A DNA stretch of 11,476 nt from a virus. Taxonomy: Duplodnaviria; Heunggongvirae; Uroviricota; Caudoviricetes. Of this stretch, positions 1 to 7,053 are shown piece by piece. How positions within the stretch are numbered: position 1 is the first letter of the stretch; every line of letters starts with the position of its first letter. Location of the stretch: the IMG/VR virus record IMGVR_UViG_2713897055_000005; one strand, 5' to 3'. The translations under genes were made by a program, and so were the position numbers. The notes under the pieces are model-generated. The model did not search any database, had not been told where the DNA came from, and was given only the letters and a program-made list of their open reading frames with translations.

Positions 1-2
1 CG

Positions 3-290
3 ACGAACCTGAACGCGATGCATCACAGGAAGCCGAATGCGAAGCTGGATACATTCGGGGTCTTTGATAACGGATGGCACACGCTGGCTTTTGAGTTTGC
101 CGGAAACAACAGCATTCAGGTGACACCAGTACTGGATGAGAAACGGGGAGCGGCGTTCACACTGGTGAAGTCACCGGCATCGGGGGCGGTGGACAAACTG
201 CAACTGACCGATATATCAAAATCGGCGACGTATACGCTGCTGATTGACAGCATTGCGGTGGAAGTGAACAGCACAGACACTGCGGCATGA
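3..290 (+). CDS. 3' end of an unidentified late-region protein; 5' end lies outside the window
   Basis: The frame is open from the window edge to TAA at 288-290; the ORF track reports only the part from M18. I recognise no motif. It sits directly upstream of the lysis cassette. Confidence 0.4.
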   Translation, partial: TNLNAMHHRKPNAKLDTFGVFDNGWHTLAFEFAGNNSIQVTPVLDEKRGAAFTLVKSPASGAVDKLQLTDISKSATYTLLIDSIAVEVNSTDTAA

Positions 291-298
291 TAAAAAAA

Positions 299-335
299 GC
301 CGCCAGTTACCGGAATGGACTGGCGGTGGTAATAC
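299..335 (-). terminator. Hairpin with flanking A-run; would act as an intrinsic terminator for minus-strand transcripts
   Basis: 8-bp stem CCGCCAGT (300-307) / ACTGGCGG (319-326) with an 11-nt loop. A7 lies on the + strand upstream (292-298), which is a U-tract after the hairpin on the minus strand. There is no T-run after it on the + strand. Confidence 0.3.
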
Positions 336-424
336 CCATGGAGAAATATAAAGGAACGATACTTTCGTGCTCTGTTTTTTTAAATGAAAACAGTTCTTAT
401 TGTCAACAATAACGGTAAGAAATT

Positions 425-604
425 ATGACTTTTATTCATCAGGTGATGCTGTACTTCTGTACGGCAGTCTGTGTGCTGTATCTCCTTTCGGGTGGATACC
501 GGGCCATGCGTGACTTCTGGCGCAGACAGATTGACAAAAGGGCCGCTGAGAAAATCAGCGCCAGTCAGTCAGCCGGAAGCAAACCCGAAGAGCCGCTCAT
601 TTAG
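425..604 (+). CDS. Possible small membrane protein (59 aa, below the ORF-track cutoff)
   Basis: ATG 425 to TAG 602-604. Translation MTFIHQVMLYFCTAVCVLYLLSGGYRAMRDFWRRQIDKRAAEKISASQSAGSKPEEPLI has one hydrophobic helix followed by a basic tail. The ribosome-binding site is weak. Confidence 0.25.
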   Translation: MTFIHQVMLYFCTAVCVLYLLSGGYRAMRDFWRRQIDKRAAEKISASQSAGSKPEEPLI

Positions 605-644
605 CGGCAACTTTCTTAATCACACCTTTCGACGAGAAAATCCC

Positions 645-917
645 ATGTCAGAAATTACATCCCTGGTCACTGCTGAAGCAGTGAAGGACGTCCTGCGCTC
701 TGAAGAAGTCCTGAGCGCACTGAAACAGAAACTCCGCCATAAGCTGGAAGCACGTCTTGATGCAGAAGTGGATGCCATTCTGGATGAGCTGCTTGGTGTA
801 CAGGCAGAGCCAGCGACTGAAGCGGGAGATACCACCGCAGAGAGCGGTGAAGTTCAGCCTGAATCACCGGTCGCCGATGCGACTGAACCGCAACCCGAAT
901 CGGTCATGATGCTGTAA
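645..917 (+). CDS. Small acidic, helix-rich hypothetical protein (90 aa)
   Basis: ATG 645 preceded by GAGAAAA; same frame as track ORF 471..917, whose upstream part has no ribosome-binding site. C-terminal half is very acidic (DAEVDAILDELL...EAGDTTAESGEVQPESPVADATEPQPE). No recognisable domain. Confidence 0.4.
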   Translation: MSEITSLVTAEAVKDVLRSEEVLSALKQKLRHKLEARLDAEVDAILDELLGVQAEPATEAGDTTAESGEVQPESPVADATEPQPESVMML

Positions 918-992
918 CGGGGGTCAGGGCCATCAGTAAACTGCTGCTGGCCTTTTTCATGTTGTGAGCTTCCGGATTGCGGGAGACGGGGT

Positions 993-1208
993 ATGTACCA
1001 GATGGAAAAAATCACAACAGGTGTGTCATACACCACGTCAGCGGTGGGAACGGGCTACTGGTTCCTGCAGTTGCTGGACAGGGTTTCCCCGTCTCAGTGG
1101 GCGGCAATAGGCGTGCTGGGGAGTCTGCTGTTTGGTCTGCTGACATATCTGACGAACCTGTATTTCAAAATTAAAGAAGACCGGCGTAAGGCGGCGCGGG
1201 GAGAGTAG
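993..1208 (+). CDS. Class II holin, phage 21 S21-like pinholin, with dual-start motif (Met1 and Met4)
   Basis: 71 aa. [51 protein letters not shown] matches the S21 holin family that I recall. Start MYQM gives two candidate initiation codons, as in holin/antiholin pairs. Ribosome-binding site GGGAGACGGGG upstream. Confidence 0.9.
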   Translation: MYQMEKITTGVSYTTSAVGTGYWFLQLLDRVSPSQWAAIGVLGSLLFGLLTYLTNLYFKIKEDRRKAARGE

Positions 1209-1211
1209 ACG

Positions 1212-1550
1212 ATGAATAAACAATACGAACTGGTTGTTAAAGGGATAAATAATTACCCGGATAAGATTACTGTTACTGTGGCGCTGAAAACGGGTGGGTA
1301 TACGTCACTGTTGTTGCCAAATGTGGTGATTGATCTTGATCGTGTTGAAGGTGCCCCGCTGGAGTTTTACGAAGCTGAGGCGAAAAAGAAGGCGAAGCAG
1401 TTTTTCATGGATATTGCTGCCGGGTTATGTGAAGGGAACGAACCGTTGCTGGAAAAGCGCCCCATAATTTTAGAGGCGCAAAATGTGTTGATAACCTACA
1501 AAGGAAAGCTACCGGGAAGAATTACTGATTCTCTGAAAGTGCGTATTTAG
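1212..1550 (+). CDS. Hypothetical protein inserted between holin and endolysin
   Basis: 112 aa. Start ATG 1212 is 3 nt after the holin stop, with GGGGAGAG ribosome-binding site. No recognisable motif. It occupies the slot that, as I recall, ydfR (DUF1327) occupies between essQ and rrrQ in the E. coli K-12 Qin prophage; homology not verified. Confidence 0.6.
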   Translation: MNKQYELVVKGINNYPDKITVTVALKTGGYTSLLLPNVVIDLDRVEGAPLEFYEAEAKKKAKQFFMDIAAGLCEGNEPLLEKRPIILEAQNVLITYKGKLPGRITDSLKVRI

Positions 1551-1586
1551 TGGGCCTGGGACAGCGGCTGAATATTTAATATATCC

Positions 1587-2120
1587 ATGAACACAAAAAT
1601 AAAATACGGCCTGTCGGCTGCCGTTCTGGCGTTGATTGCCGCAGGGGCTTCTGCGCCTGAAATCCTCGACCAGTTTCTTGACGAAAAAGAAGGTAACCAC
1701 ACTACGGCATACCGTGATGGTGCGGGGATCTGGACCATCTGCCGTGGAGCCACCCGGGTGGATGGTAAGCCTGTTATTCCTGGCATGAAGCTGTCGAAGG
1801 GGAAATGCGACCGGGTTAACGCCATTGAGCGTGATAAGGCGCTGGCATGGGTGGAGAAAAACATCAAAGTGCCACTGACTGAACCCCAGAAAGCGGGTAT
1901 TGCGTCATTCTGTCCTTACAACATTGGCCCGGGTAAGTGTTTCCCGTCGACGTTTTATAAACGAATTAATGCAGGAGATCGCAGGGGAGCGTGTGAGGCG
2001 CTTCGCTGGTGGATTAAGGACGGTGGCAGAGACTGCCGTATCCGCTCAAATAACTGTTATGGTCAGGTATCCCGTCGTGACCAGGAGAGCGCGCTGGCGT
2101 GCTGGGGAATCGACAGATAA
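1587..2120 (+). CDS. SAR-type endolysin, T4-lysozyme-like muramidase (GH24 family)
   Basis: 177 aa. N-terminal weakly hydrophobic Gly/Ala/Ser-rich segment (GLSAAVLALIAAGASAPE) is typical of signal-anchor-release domains. Catalytic spacing E-x8-D-x5-T is present in EGNHTTAYRDGAGIWT. Pairing with a pinholin is the usual arrangement. Confidence 0.9.
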   Translation: MNTKIKYGLSAAVLALIAAGASAPEILDQFLDEKEGNHTTAYRDGAGIWTICRGATRVDGKPVIPGMKLSKGKCDRVNAIERDKALAWVEKNIKVPLTEPQKAGIASFCPYNIGPGKCFPSTFYKRINAGDRRGACEALRWWIKDGGRDCRIRSNNCYGQVSRRDQESALACWGIDR

Positions 2121-2210
2121 GCCGAATATTTTGCTGAAAAATGACGTTGGCCAACGCGGACGGATAACACGAAATCCTGCGAACTGGCAAAACCTAAGTG
2201 AATAAAAGTA

Positions 2211-2250
2211 AAAACCCCGTTTGTTGGCAGCAAGCGGGGTTTTGTGTTTC
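2211..2250 (+). terminator. Rho-independent terminator, possibly bidirectional
   Basis: 13-bp stem AAAACCCCGTTTG / CAAGCGGGGTTTT (one G-U pair) with a 7-nt loop, followed by TTTTGTGTTT; an A-run precedes it. It lies between the endolysin stop and the next ORF. Confidence 0.6.
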
Positions 2251-2276
2251 TGACCTTGGATAAGGCAAGGGAGAAC

Positions 2277-2459
2277 ATGGAAAAGTATAAACGAATTCTG
2301 TTGAGGTTGACTATGAAAAACGGCCTTGAACTGAAAGCGCCAGTAACTGATGACATCAGCAGAGCACAGGCTTTTGCTATTAAGTGGGTGGCGGTCGGTA
2401 TCGCTGTGTCTCCGATGCTGTATGGGCTGGCAAAACTGGTCATTGCGTTGAAAGCGTGA
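2277..2459 (+). CDS. Small protein with C-terminal transmembrane helix (60 aa)
   Basis: ATG 2277 with GGGAGA upstream. The track ORF 2244..2459 begins at a GTG inside the terminator T-tract, so the internal ATG is preferred. C-terminus [29 protein letters not shown] is hydrophobic. Confidence 0.4.
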   Translation: MEKYKRILLRLTMKNGLELKAPVTDDISRAQAFAIKWVAVGIAVSPMLYGLAKLVIALKA

Positions 2460-2473
2460 AGGGAGGATTAAAC

Positions 2474-2605
2474 ATGTCAGACAAACTCATAATGCTGGCG
2501 AAGATCCTCTGTGTAATCGTCGGCATTTCATTTTCACTAATGCTGGTTGCTCTTTTTCTTTCCATGGGCTGGATGATGTTATCTTCGTCGGGGATGCTGG
2601 GGTGA
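2474..2605 (+). CDS. Small hydrophobic membrane peptide (43 aa), translationally coupled to Rz
   Basis: Strong ribosome-binding site GGGAGGA at 2461-2467, ATG 2474. Translation [43 protein letters not shown]. Its stop TGA 2603-2605 overlaps the Rz GTG start at 2602 (GTGA). Confidence 0.4.
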   Translation: MSDKLIMLAKILCVIVGISFSLMLVALFLSMGWMMLSSSGMLG

Positions 2606-3075
2606 GCATAAACCGAATGCTTTCCGCGTTTACCGTTATTCTGCTGGTGGTCTGTGGTGCGCTTAGTCTGGGGCTGAATCATTACCGCGATAACGCCATC
2701 ATCTACAAAGCGCAGCGTGATAAAAAAGCCAGAGAGCTGGAGCTGGCAAACGCAACCATTACTGATATGCAGGTGCGCCAGCGCGATGTTGCTGCGCTCG
2801 ATGCAAAATACTCGAGGGAATTAGCCGATGCGAGAGCTGAAAATGAAACTCTGCATGCTGATATTGCCGCTGGTCGTAAGCGCCTGCGGATCAACGCCAC
2901 CTGCTCCGGTACCGTGCGTGACGCCACCGGCACCTCCGGCGTGGATAATGCAACCGGCCCCCGACTGGCAGACACCGCTGAACGGGATTATTTCATCCTC
3001 AGAGAACGGTTGATGACAATGCAGAAGCAGCTGGAAGGGGCACAGGACTATATCCGCACTCAGTGCCTGAACTAA
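2602..3075 (+). CDS. Rz: Rz-like i-spanin (inner-membrane spanin subunit)
   Basis: [52 protein letters not shown]...[28 protein letters not shown] closely parallels lambda Rz as I recall it. N-terminal transmembrane segment present. Start is GTG 2602, or alternatively ATG 2617. Confidence 0.9.
   Translation: MSINRMLSAFTVILLVVCGALSLGLNHYRDNAIIYKAQRDKKARELELANATITDMQVRQRDVAALDAKYSRELADARAENETLHADIAAGRKRLRINATCSGTVRDATGTSGVDNATGPRLADTAERDYFILRERLMTMQKQLEGAQDYIRTQCLN
2828..3013 (+). CDS. Rz1: Rz1-like o-spanin lipoprotein, embedded in the +1 frame of Rz
   Basis: 61 aa. Signal peptide with lipobox LVVSAC; proline-rich mature part [24 protein letters not shown] matches lambda Rz1. Lies entirely inside Rz in a different frame. 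Confidence 0.85.
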   Translation: MRELKMKLCMLILPLVVSACGSTPPAPVPCVTPPAPPAWIMQPAPDWQTPLNGIISSSENG

Positions 3076-3413
3076 GTTTTGCGGATGCGCCGTATCGTCG
3101 CTGTATTCCCTCATTAACAGAGACCGCAGCCCGACAGGGAGACTCCTCTGCGCGAGTGTGCGGGGATAATCAAAAACGATACACACCGGGGTTTACCGCG
3201 TTAACGGAGCGCGGCGTTGTCCCCTCATGGTCGCTGGTCCGGTGCGATGGTGGAAGAAACCGGACGATGTGTTACCTCGCATGACCTGTTATGTCATGTG
3301 TCTGATTTGTGATTTAAGTCGGATAATTGTCGTTGCCATTAAGCAGAGGATTGATGGCCGACAGGGTGGCATTGTTAGAATAAGACTTATTCTTATCTGT
3401 GCCGGGAATGAAA

Positions 3414-3740
3414 ATGAAAAGAAATCTTCCGTTAATTATTTTGTTGTCTTCTCTGGTTATGGGCTGTACGCAACATAAAACAGATATGCCCCGACAGTTG
3501 GTTAAGGCATTACCACAATATCCGGCCTATGCAGCGGCAAATTATATAAAGGGACGGGTTGATGTGAAGTTTGATATTGGTGCTGATGGTACTGTCACCC
3601 GAATTGAGTTTATCCGTTCAGAGCCGCACCATCTGTTTGATGAGCAGGTTGTAAAGGCGATGGCAAAATGGCGATTTGAGAAGGACAGGCCGCGTAAAGG
3701 CGTGAAGAAAACGTTTATCTTTAGTCCTTCTGCACCCTGA
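3414..3740 (+). CDS. Lipoprotein with a TonB C-terminal-domain-like fold; moron-like accessory gene
   Basis: GGGA ribosome-binding site then ATG 3414 (alternative ATG 3408). Signal peptide MKRNLPLIILLSSLVMGC with a lipobox Cys. Mature part PQYPAYAAANYIKGRVDVKFDIGADGTVTRIEFIRSEP...FDEQVVKAMAKWRFE resembles the TonB/TolA C-terminal domain signature. From memory only; no profile search run. Confidence 0.65.
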   Translation: MKRNLPLIILLSSLVMGCTQHKTDMPRQLVKALPQYPAYAAANYIKGRVDVKFDIGADGTVTRIEFIRSEPHHLFDEQVVKAMAKWRFEKDRPRKGVKKTFIFSPSAP

Positions 3741-3871
3741 TTATTTCATCAGAAATTAATTATCACTCTGTTGTTATTCTGTACATCCCGGCTGGGTAAG
3801 TCTTGTTCCGCCGGGTATGAAGATGAAATATTGTTGGAGGACAGTGGGTACCTGCTCCTGTAACCGAACGT

Positions 3872-4072
3872 TCATTTCTCGTTATTTGTCATGCTGGCCG
3901 GACGCAGATGCGTTGCATCTGTTGCCAGCCTTCTCCTGCAGGCTTCAATAACCCACGCTGAAAAGTTACCGGACCCTTTATGCTCAAGGGCGATGTTGAT
4001 CTGTTCAATCATGTGATTGGGGAAACGGATATTGCGGGTTGTGGTTCTGCGGGTCCGGTTTTTCGATGACAT
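3872..4072 (-). CDS. Ribbon-helix-helix DNA-binding protein (recalled as YlcI/YnfO-like, DUF3950)
   Basis: ATG at 4072 (minus strand) preceded by AAGGA. 66 aa: strand RNIRFP, helix NHMIEQINIALEH, turn KGSGNFS, helix AWVIEACRRRL is an Arc/CopG-type pattern. The track ORF starts further upstream at 4132 without a ribosome-binding site. Divergent from the HNH gene. Confidence 0.6.
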   Translation of the reverse strand: MSSKNRTRRTTTRNIRFPNHMIEQINIALEHKGSGNFSAWVIEACRRRLATDATHLRPASMTNNEK

Positions 4073-4113
4073 ATTTATTTCCTTTACTGATTGCCATATG
4101 ACGGGGATTTTAC

Positions 4114-4479
4114 ATGGCTGAGCTTCGTACACTCCAGAGCAGAATCAAAACACTGAATACCCGACGGGTGAATATTCTGAAGGGTGAACAGCGTCGTGTC
4201 AGTGGCAGTGCACGTGTTTCCCTCAAGCGTCATATCTGGCTCAGGGATGCCGGGCAGTGCTGTCTCTGTGGTCGTGTGGTTGACCTCTGTGACAGTGAAC
4301 TCGATCACCGAATTGCACTTCAGTTCGGTGGTGGTAATGAGGAGACGAATCTCTGGACGCTCTGTACCGAATGCCATCGACAAAAGTCTGCTCGTGAAGC
4401 GGCGGGTGGTATGCCGGACCCGACGCTGCCGGAGGTGTCCGGAGGTAGTGGCAGAGCGGACGACATCATCGGACTGTAA
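4114..4479 (+). CDS. HNH endonuclease, the type associated with terminase in cos phages
   Basis: 121 aa with CCLCGRVVD...DHRIALQFGGGNEETNLWTLCTECHRQK (Cys pairs plus His-Asn-His core). GGGGA ribosome-binding site before ATG 4114. Position immediately upstream of the cos region and terminase small subunit. Confidence 0.85.
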   Translation: MAELRTLQSRIKTLNTRRVNILKGEQRRVSGSARVSLKRHIWLRDAGQCCLCGRVVDLCDSELDHRIALQFGGGNEETNLWTLCTECHRQKSAREAAGGMPDPTLPEVSGGSGRADDIIGL

Positions 4480-4570
4480 CCCGACCGGGGGGGGTATCAT
4501 TCGGCGTAAAAAACGATCGCTCCGGACACCGCGCCCCCTCTCACGCAGAGAAAAAATTCCCGTTTCAGGG

Positions 4571-4695
4571 CAGTTAACATGTTAACTGGCTGTCCGGGCA
4601 TTTTGCGGTTTTTATCTTTATTATTCAGTTTGTTGCGTGGAAAAAATGTTAACAGGCTTTTTCAGCAAATGTTAACCAGGCAGCAGTTAACATTT
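4571..4695. promoter_or_regulatory. Cluster of ATGTTAAC / GTTAACAT motifs; candidate terminase small-subunit binding sites (cosB-like) or operator
   Basis: Perfect 18-bp palindrome CAGTTAACATGTTAACTG at 4571-4588. Direct copies of AAATGTTAAC at 4644-4653 and 4667-4676. Inverted copy GTTAACATTT at 4686-4695, forming a 10-bp inverted repeat with 9-bp spacer together with 4667-4676. All lie in the HNH to terminase intergenic region. Confidence 0.4.
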
Positions 4696-4767
4696 GCGGC
4701 ATGAGACGCCGGGAAAAATGGGCTGAACCATACCCGGCTGAGTGCGTTCTGGACCCGGGAGGAGGCT

Positions 4768-5331
4768 GTGCTGACAACGCAAAAACGAAAATTTGCGCTG
4801 GCGCTCATGTCCGGGAAAAACAAAACAGCGTCAGCCATTGCCGCCGGTTATTCGGCGAAGACAGCCAGGGTTAAAGGCTCGCAGCTGGCAAAAGATCCGG
4901 AGGTGCTTGCGTTTATAGCCCGTAAACAGTGCGAGACGGTGGAGGTGGATGAGGTTCCTGTTTACCGGCAGAAAAAATCAGAGCAGGAGGATAAACCCCG
5001 TCGCCGTGAGGCGGCTGCAATACCACAGCCGGACGAAACAAATCCGGAGATGCCACCGCCCGTGGTGATATCTCCTGGTATTGAGTATATGGAGGACGGT
5101 CTTCCCGATCCGGTGAAAGCGATGGGGCGTCTTCTGGTGGAGAACATTAATACCGACCCCAGGCTGGCGCTGGATGCGGCTTATAAGCTGGCGCAGTTCA
5201 CGCACCACAAAAAAGGGGATGCCGGTAAAAAATCGGCAAAAGGTGACGCGGCGAAAAAAGCGGCTAACCGTTTTGCGGTGCCACCACCACCCCGACTGGT
5301 GGTGAATAATGATAATGAGGGCAACGGATGA
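4768..5331 (+). CDS. Terminase small subunit
   Basis: GTG 4768 preceded by GGAGGAGG. N-terminal helix-turn-helix-like segment KNKTASAIAAGYSAKTARVKGSQLAKDPEV is typical of Terminase_2-type small subunits. Stop overlaps the large-subunit start (ATGA at 5328-5331). Confidence 0.85.
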   Translation: MLTTQKRKFALALMSGKNKTASAIAAGYSAKTARVKGSQLAKDPEVLAFIARKQCETVEVDEVPVYRQKKSEQEDKPRRREAAAIPQPDETNPEMPPPVVISPGIEYMEDGLPDPVKAMGRLLVENINTDPRLALDAAYKLAQFTHHKKGDAGKKSAKGDAAKKAANRFAVPPPPRLVVNNDNEGNG

Positions 5332-6989
5332 TACCTGTGTGGAGCACGGCCTGCCCGGACTGGGCAGAGCGCCTGAAAAAGGGGCTGTCGATTATTCCGG
5401 CCCCGATTTATCCGGATCAGGCTGCACATGCACTGGCGATTTTTAAACAACTGCGGATTGTGGATGCACCGGGCAGCCCGACGTTCGGGGAGTCCTGCGC
5501 ACAGTGGGTGTTTGACCTGGTGGCGGCCCTGTTTGGCTCCTACGATGCGCAGACTGGTGTACGCCATATCAAGGAAGTTTTTATCCTTATCCCCAAGAAA
5601 AACAGCAAGTCCACGCTGGCTGCCGGGATCATGATGACGGCGCTGTTACTGAACTGGCGGCAGGCGGCGGGCTACACCATTCTGGCCCCGACCGTGGAGG
5701 TGGCGGCTAACGCCTTCAACCCTGCCAGGGATATGGTACGACGGGACGATGATCTGGATGACCTCTGTCAGGTGCAGACACATATCCGGACCATCACCCA
5801 CAGGGTGACGGACACCACCCTTAAGGTGGTGGCTGCCGATCCGAATACGGTATCCGGTATCAAGTCCGTGGGGACACTGATTGATGAACTGTGGCTGTTT
5901 GGCAAGCAGTACAAAGCGGAAGACATGTTACGTGAAGCCATCGGCGGGCTTGCCTCCCGTCCGGAAGGATTTGTGGTGTACACAACCACCCAGTCGAATG
6001 AGCCGCCAGCCGGGGTGTTCAGACAGAAACTGCAGTACGCCCGGGATGTCCGTGACGGCAAAATTCATGATCCGCACTTTCTGCCGGTGATATTTGAACA
6101 CCCTCCTGAAATGGTGGAAAGCGGGGCTCACCTGCTGATGGAAAACCTCGCCATGGTCAATCCGAATCTCGGTTATTCGGTGGATGAGGCTTTTCTGTAC
6201 CGGGAGTACCGTAAAGCCCGGGAGGCTGGTGAGGAAGCATTTCGTGGCTTCATGTCAAAACATGCCAATGTGGAAATTGGTCTTGCCCTGCGTTCTGACC
6301 GCTGGGCGGGTGCGGATTTCTGGGAGCAGCAGGGCAGGCGCGTCAGCCTGGACGATATCCTGCAGCGCGCTGATGTGGTGACGGTGGGGATTGACGGCGG
6401 GGGCCTGGATGATCTGCTGGGAATGTACGTGATTGGCCGTGACAGGGAAACCCGCGAATGGCTGGGCTGGGGCCATGCCTGGGCGCATGAAACCGCGGTG
6501 GTCAGACGGAAGAGTGAGGCATCCCGGTTTCAGGATTTTGTGGCCTGTGGAGACATGACGATTGTCCGTCGGGTCGGGGATGACACGGCGGAAGTGGCGG
6601 AGTATGTGCGTCGTATTCATGAGGCTGAGTTACTGGAGCATATCGGTATTGACCCGTCAGGTGTGGGGCAGATTCTGGATTCACTGGCGGAAGCCGGGAT
6701 CCCCGACGGAATTGTTGTGGGGATAAGCCAGGGCTGGAAGCTGGGCGGGGCCATAAAAACCACCGAGCGCAAACTGGCTGAGGGAGTGCTGGTGCATGGT
6801 GGTCAGCCACTGATGGCCTGGTGCGTTGGCAATGCCCGGGTGGAGCCGAAAGGTAACGCCATCCTTATTACCAAACAGGCCAGCGGACGGGGGAAAATTG
6901 ACCCGCTGATGGCGCTCTTCAATGCGGTATCCCTGATGTCCCTGAATCCGGAGCCGAAAAAGAAAGAATATGCGGTTTATTTCATATAA
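5328..6989 (+). CDS. Terminase large subunit (ATPase plus nuclease)
   Basis: 553 aa. N-terminus WSTACPDWAERLKKG...IPAPIYPDQAAHALAIFKQLRIVD and overall layout are typical of HK97/lambda-like large terminases. Position after the small subunit. Confidence 0.9.
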   Translation: MIPVWSTACPDWAERLKKGLSIIPAPIYPDQAAHALAIFKQLRIVDAPGSPTFGESCAQWVFDLVAALFGSYDAQTGVRHIKEVFILIPKKNSKSTLAAGIMMTALLLNWRQAAGYTILAPTVEVAANAFNPARDMVRRDDDLDDLCQVQTHIRTITHRVTDTTLKVVAADPNTVSGIKSVGTLIDELWLFGKQYKAEDMLREAIGGLASRPEGFVVYTTTQSNEPPAGVFRQKLQYARDVRDGKIHDPHFLPVIFEHPPEMVESGAHLLMENLAMVNPNLGYSVDEAFLYREYRKAREAGEEAFRGFMSKHANVEIGLALRSDRWAGADFWEQQGRRVSLDDILQRADVVTVGIDGGGLDDLLGMYVIGRDRETREWLGWGHAWAHETAVVRRKSEASRFQDFVACGDMTIVRRVGDDTAEVAEYVRRIHEAELLEHIGIDPSGVGQILDSLAEAGIPDGIVVGISQGWKLGGAIKTTERKLAEGVLVHGGQPLMAWCVGNARVEPKGNAILITKQASGRGKIDPLMALFNAVSLMSLNPEPKKKEYAVYFI

Positions 6990-7053
6990 CCCTGTTCACC
7001 CTGTAACCATCATGGACCGCTGCGGCGGTTTTTTTTATTTTCAGGAGGCTGAT

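Noticed and set aside
2244-2276. GTG start at 2244 for the 71-aa track ORF
   Set aside because: That start lies inside the T-tract of the terminator hairpin with no ribosome-binding site; the in-frame ATG at 2277 preceded by GGGAGA is a much better start.
2643-2650. Chi site GCTGGTGG on the plus strand
   Set aside because: A single octamer inside Rz is expected by chance at this GC content; there is no clustering or orientation bias to interpret.
1-3000. Q antiterminator gene, late promoter and qut site upstream of the lysis genes
   Set aside because: I could not find a convincing promoter plus Q-utilisation arrangement in 291-990, and the window starts inside another gene, so the late promoter is probably further upstream, outside the window.
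3375-3397. Fur-box-like AT-rich palindrome upstream of the TonB-C-like lipoprotein gene
   Set aside because: Only about half the positions agree with the Fur consensus GATAATGATAATCATTATC; I keep it as a generic palindrome or operator candidate, not a Fur site.
3063-3478. Track ORFs 3063..3284 and 3227..3478 in the gap between Rz and the lipoprotein
   Set aside because: No ribosome-binding sites, mutually overlapping, and the second runs across the lipoprotein start; more likely non-coding promoter or regulatory DNA for the lipoprotein gene.
4084-4585. Minus-strand ORF 4084..4500 and plus-strand ORF 4184..4585 overlapping the HNH gene
   Set aside because: Both are alternative frames of the HNH coding region or run into the cos-like intergenic region; the HNH frame carries the Cys/His motif and the ribosome-binding site.
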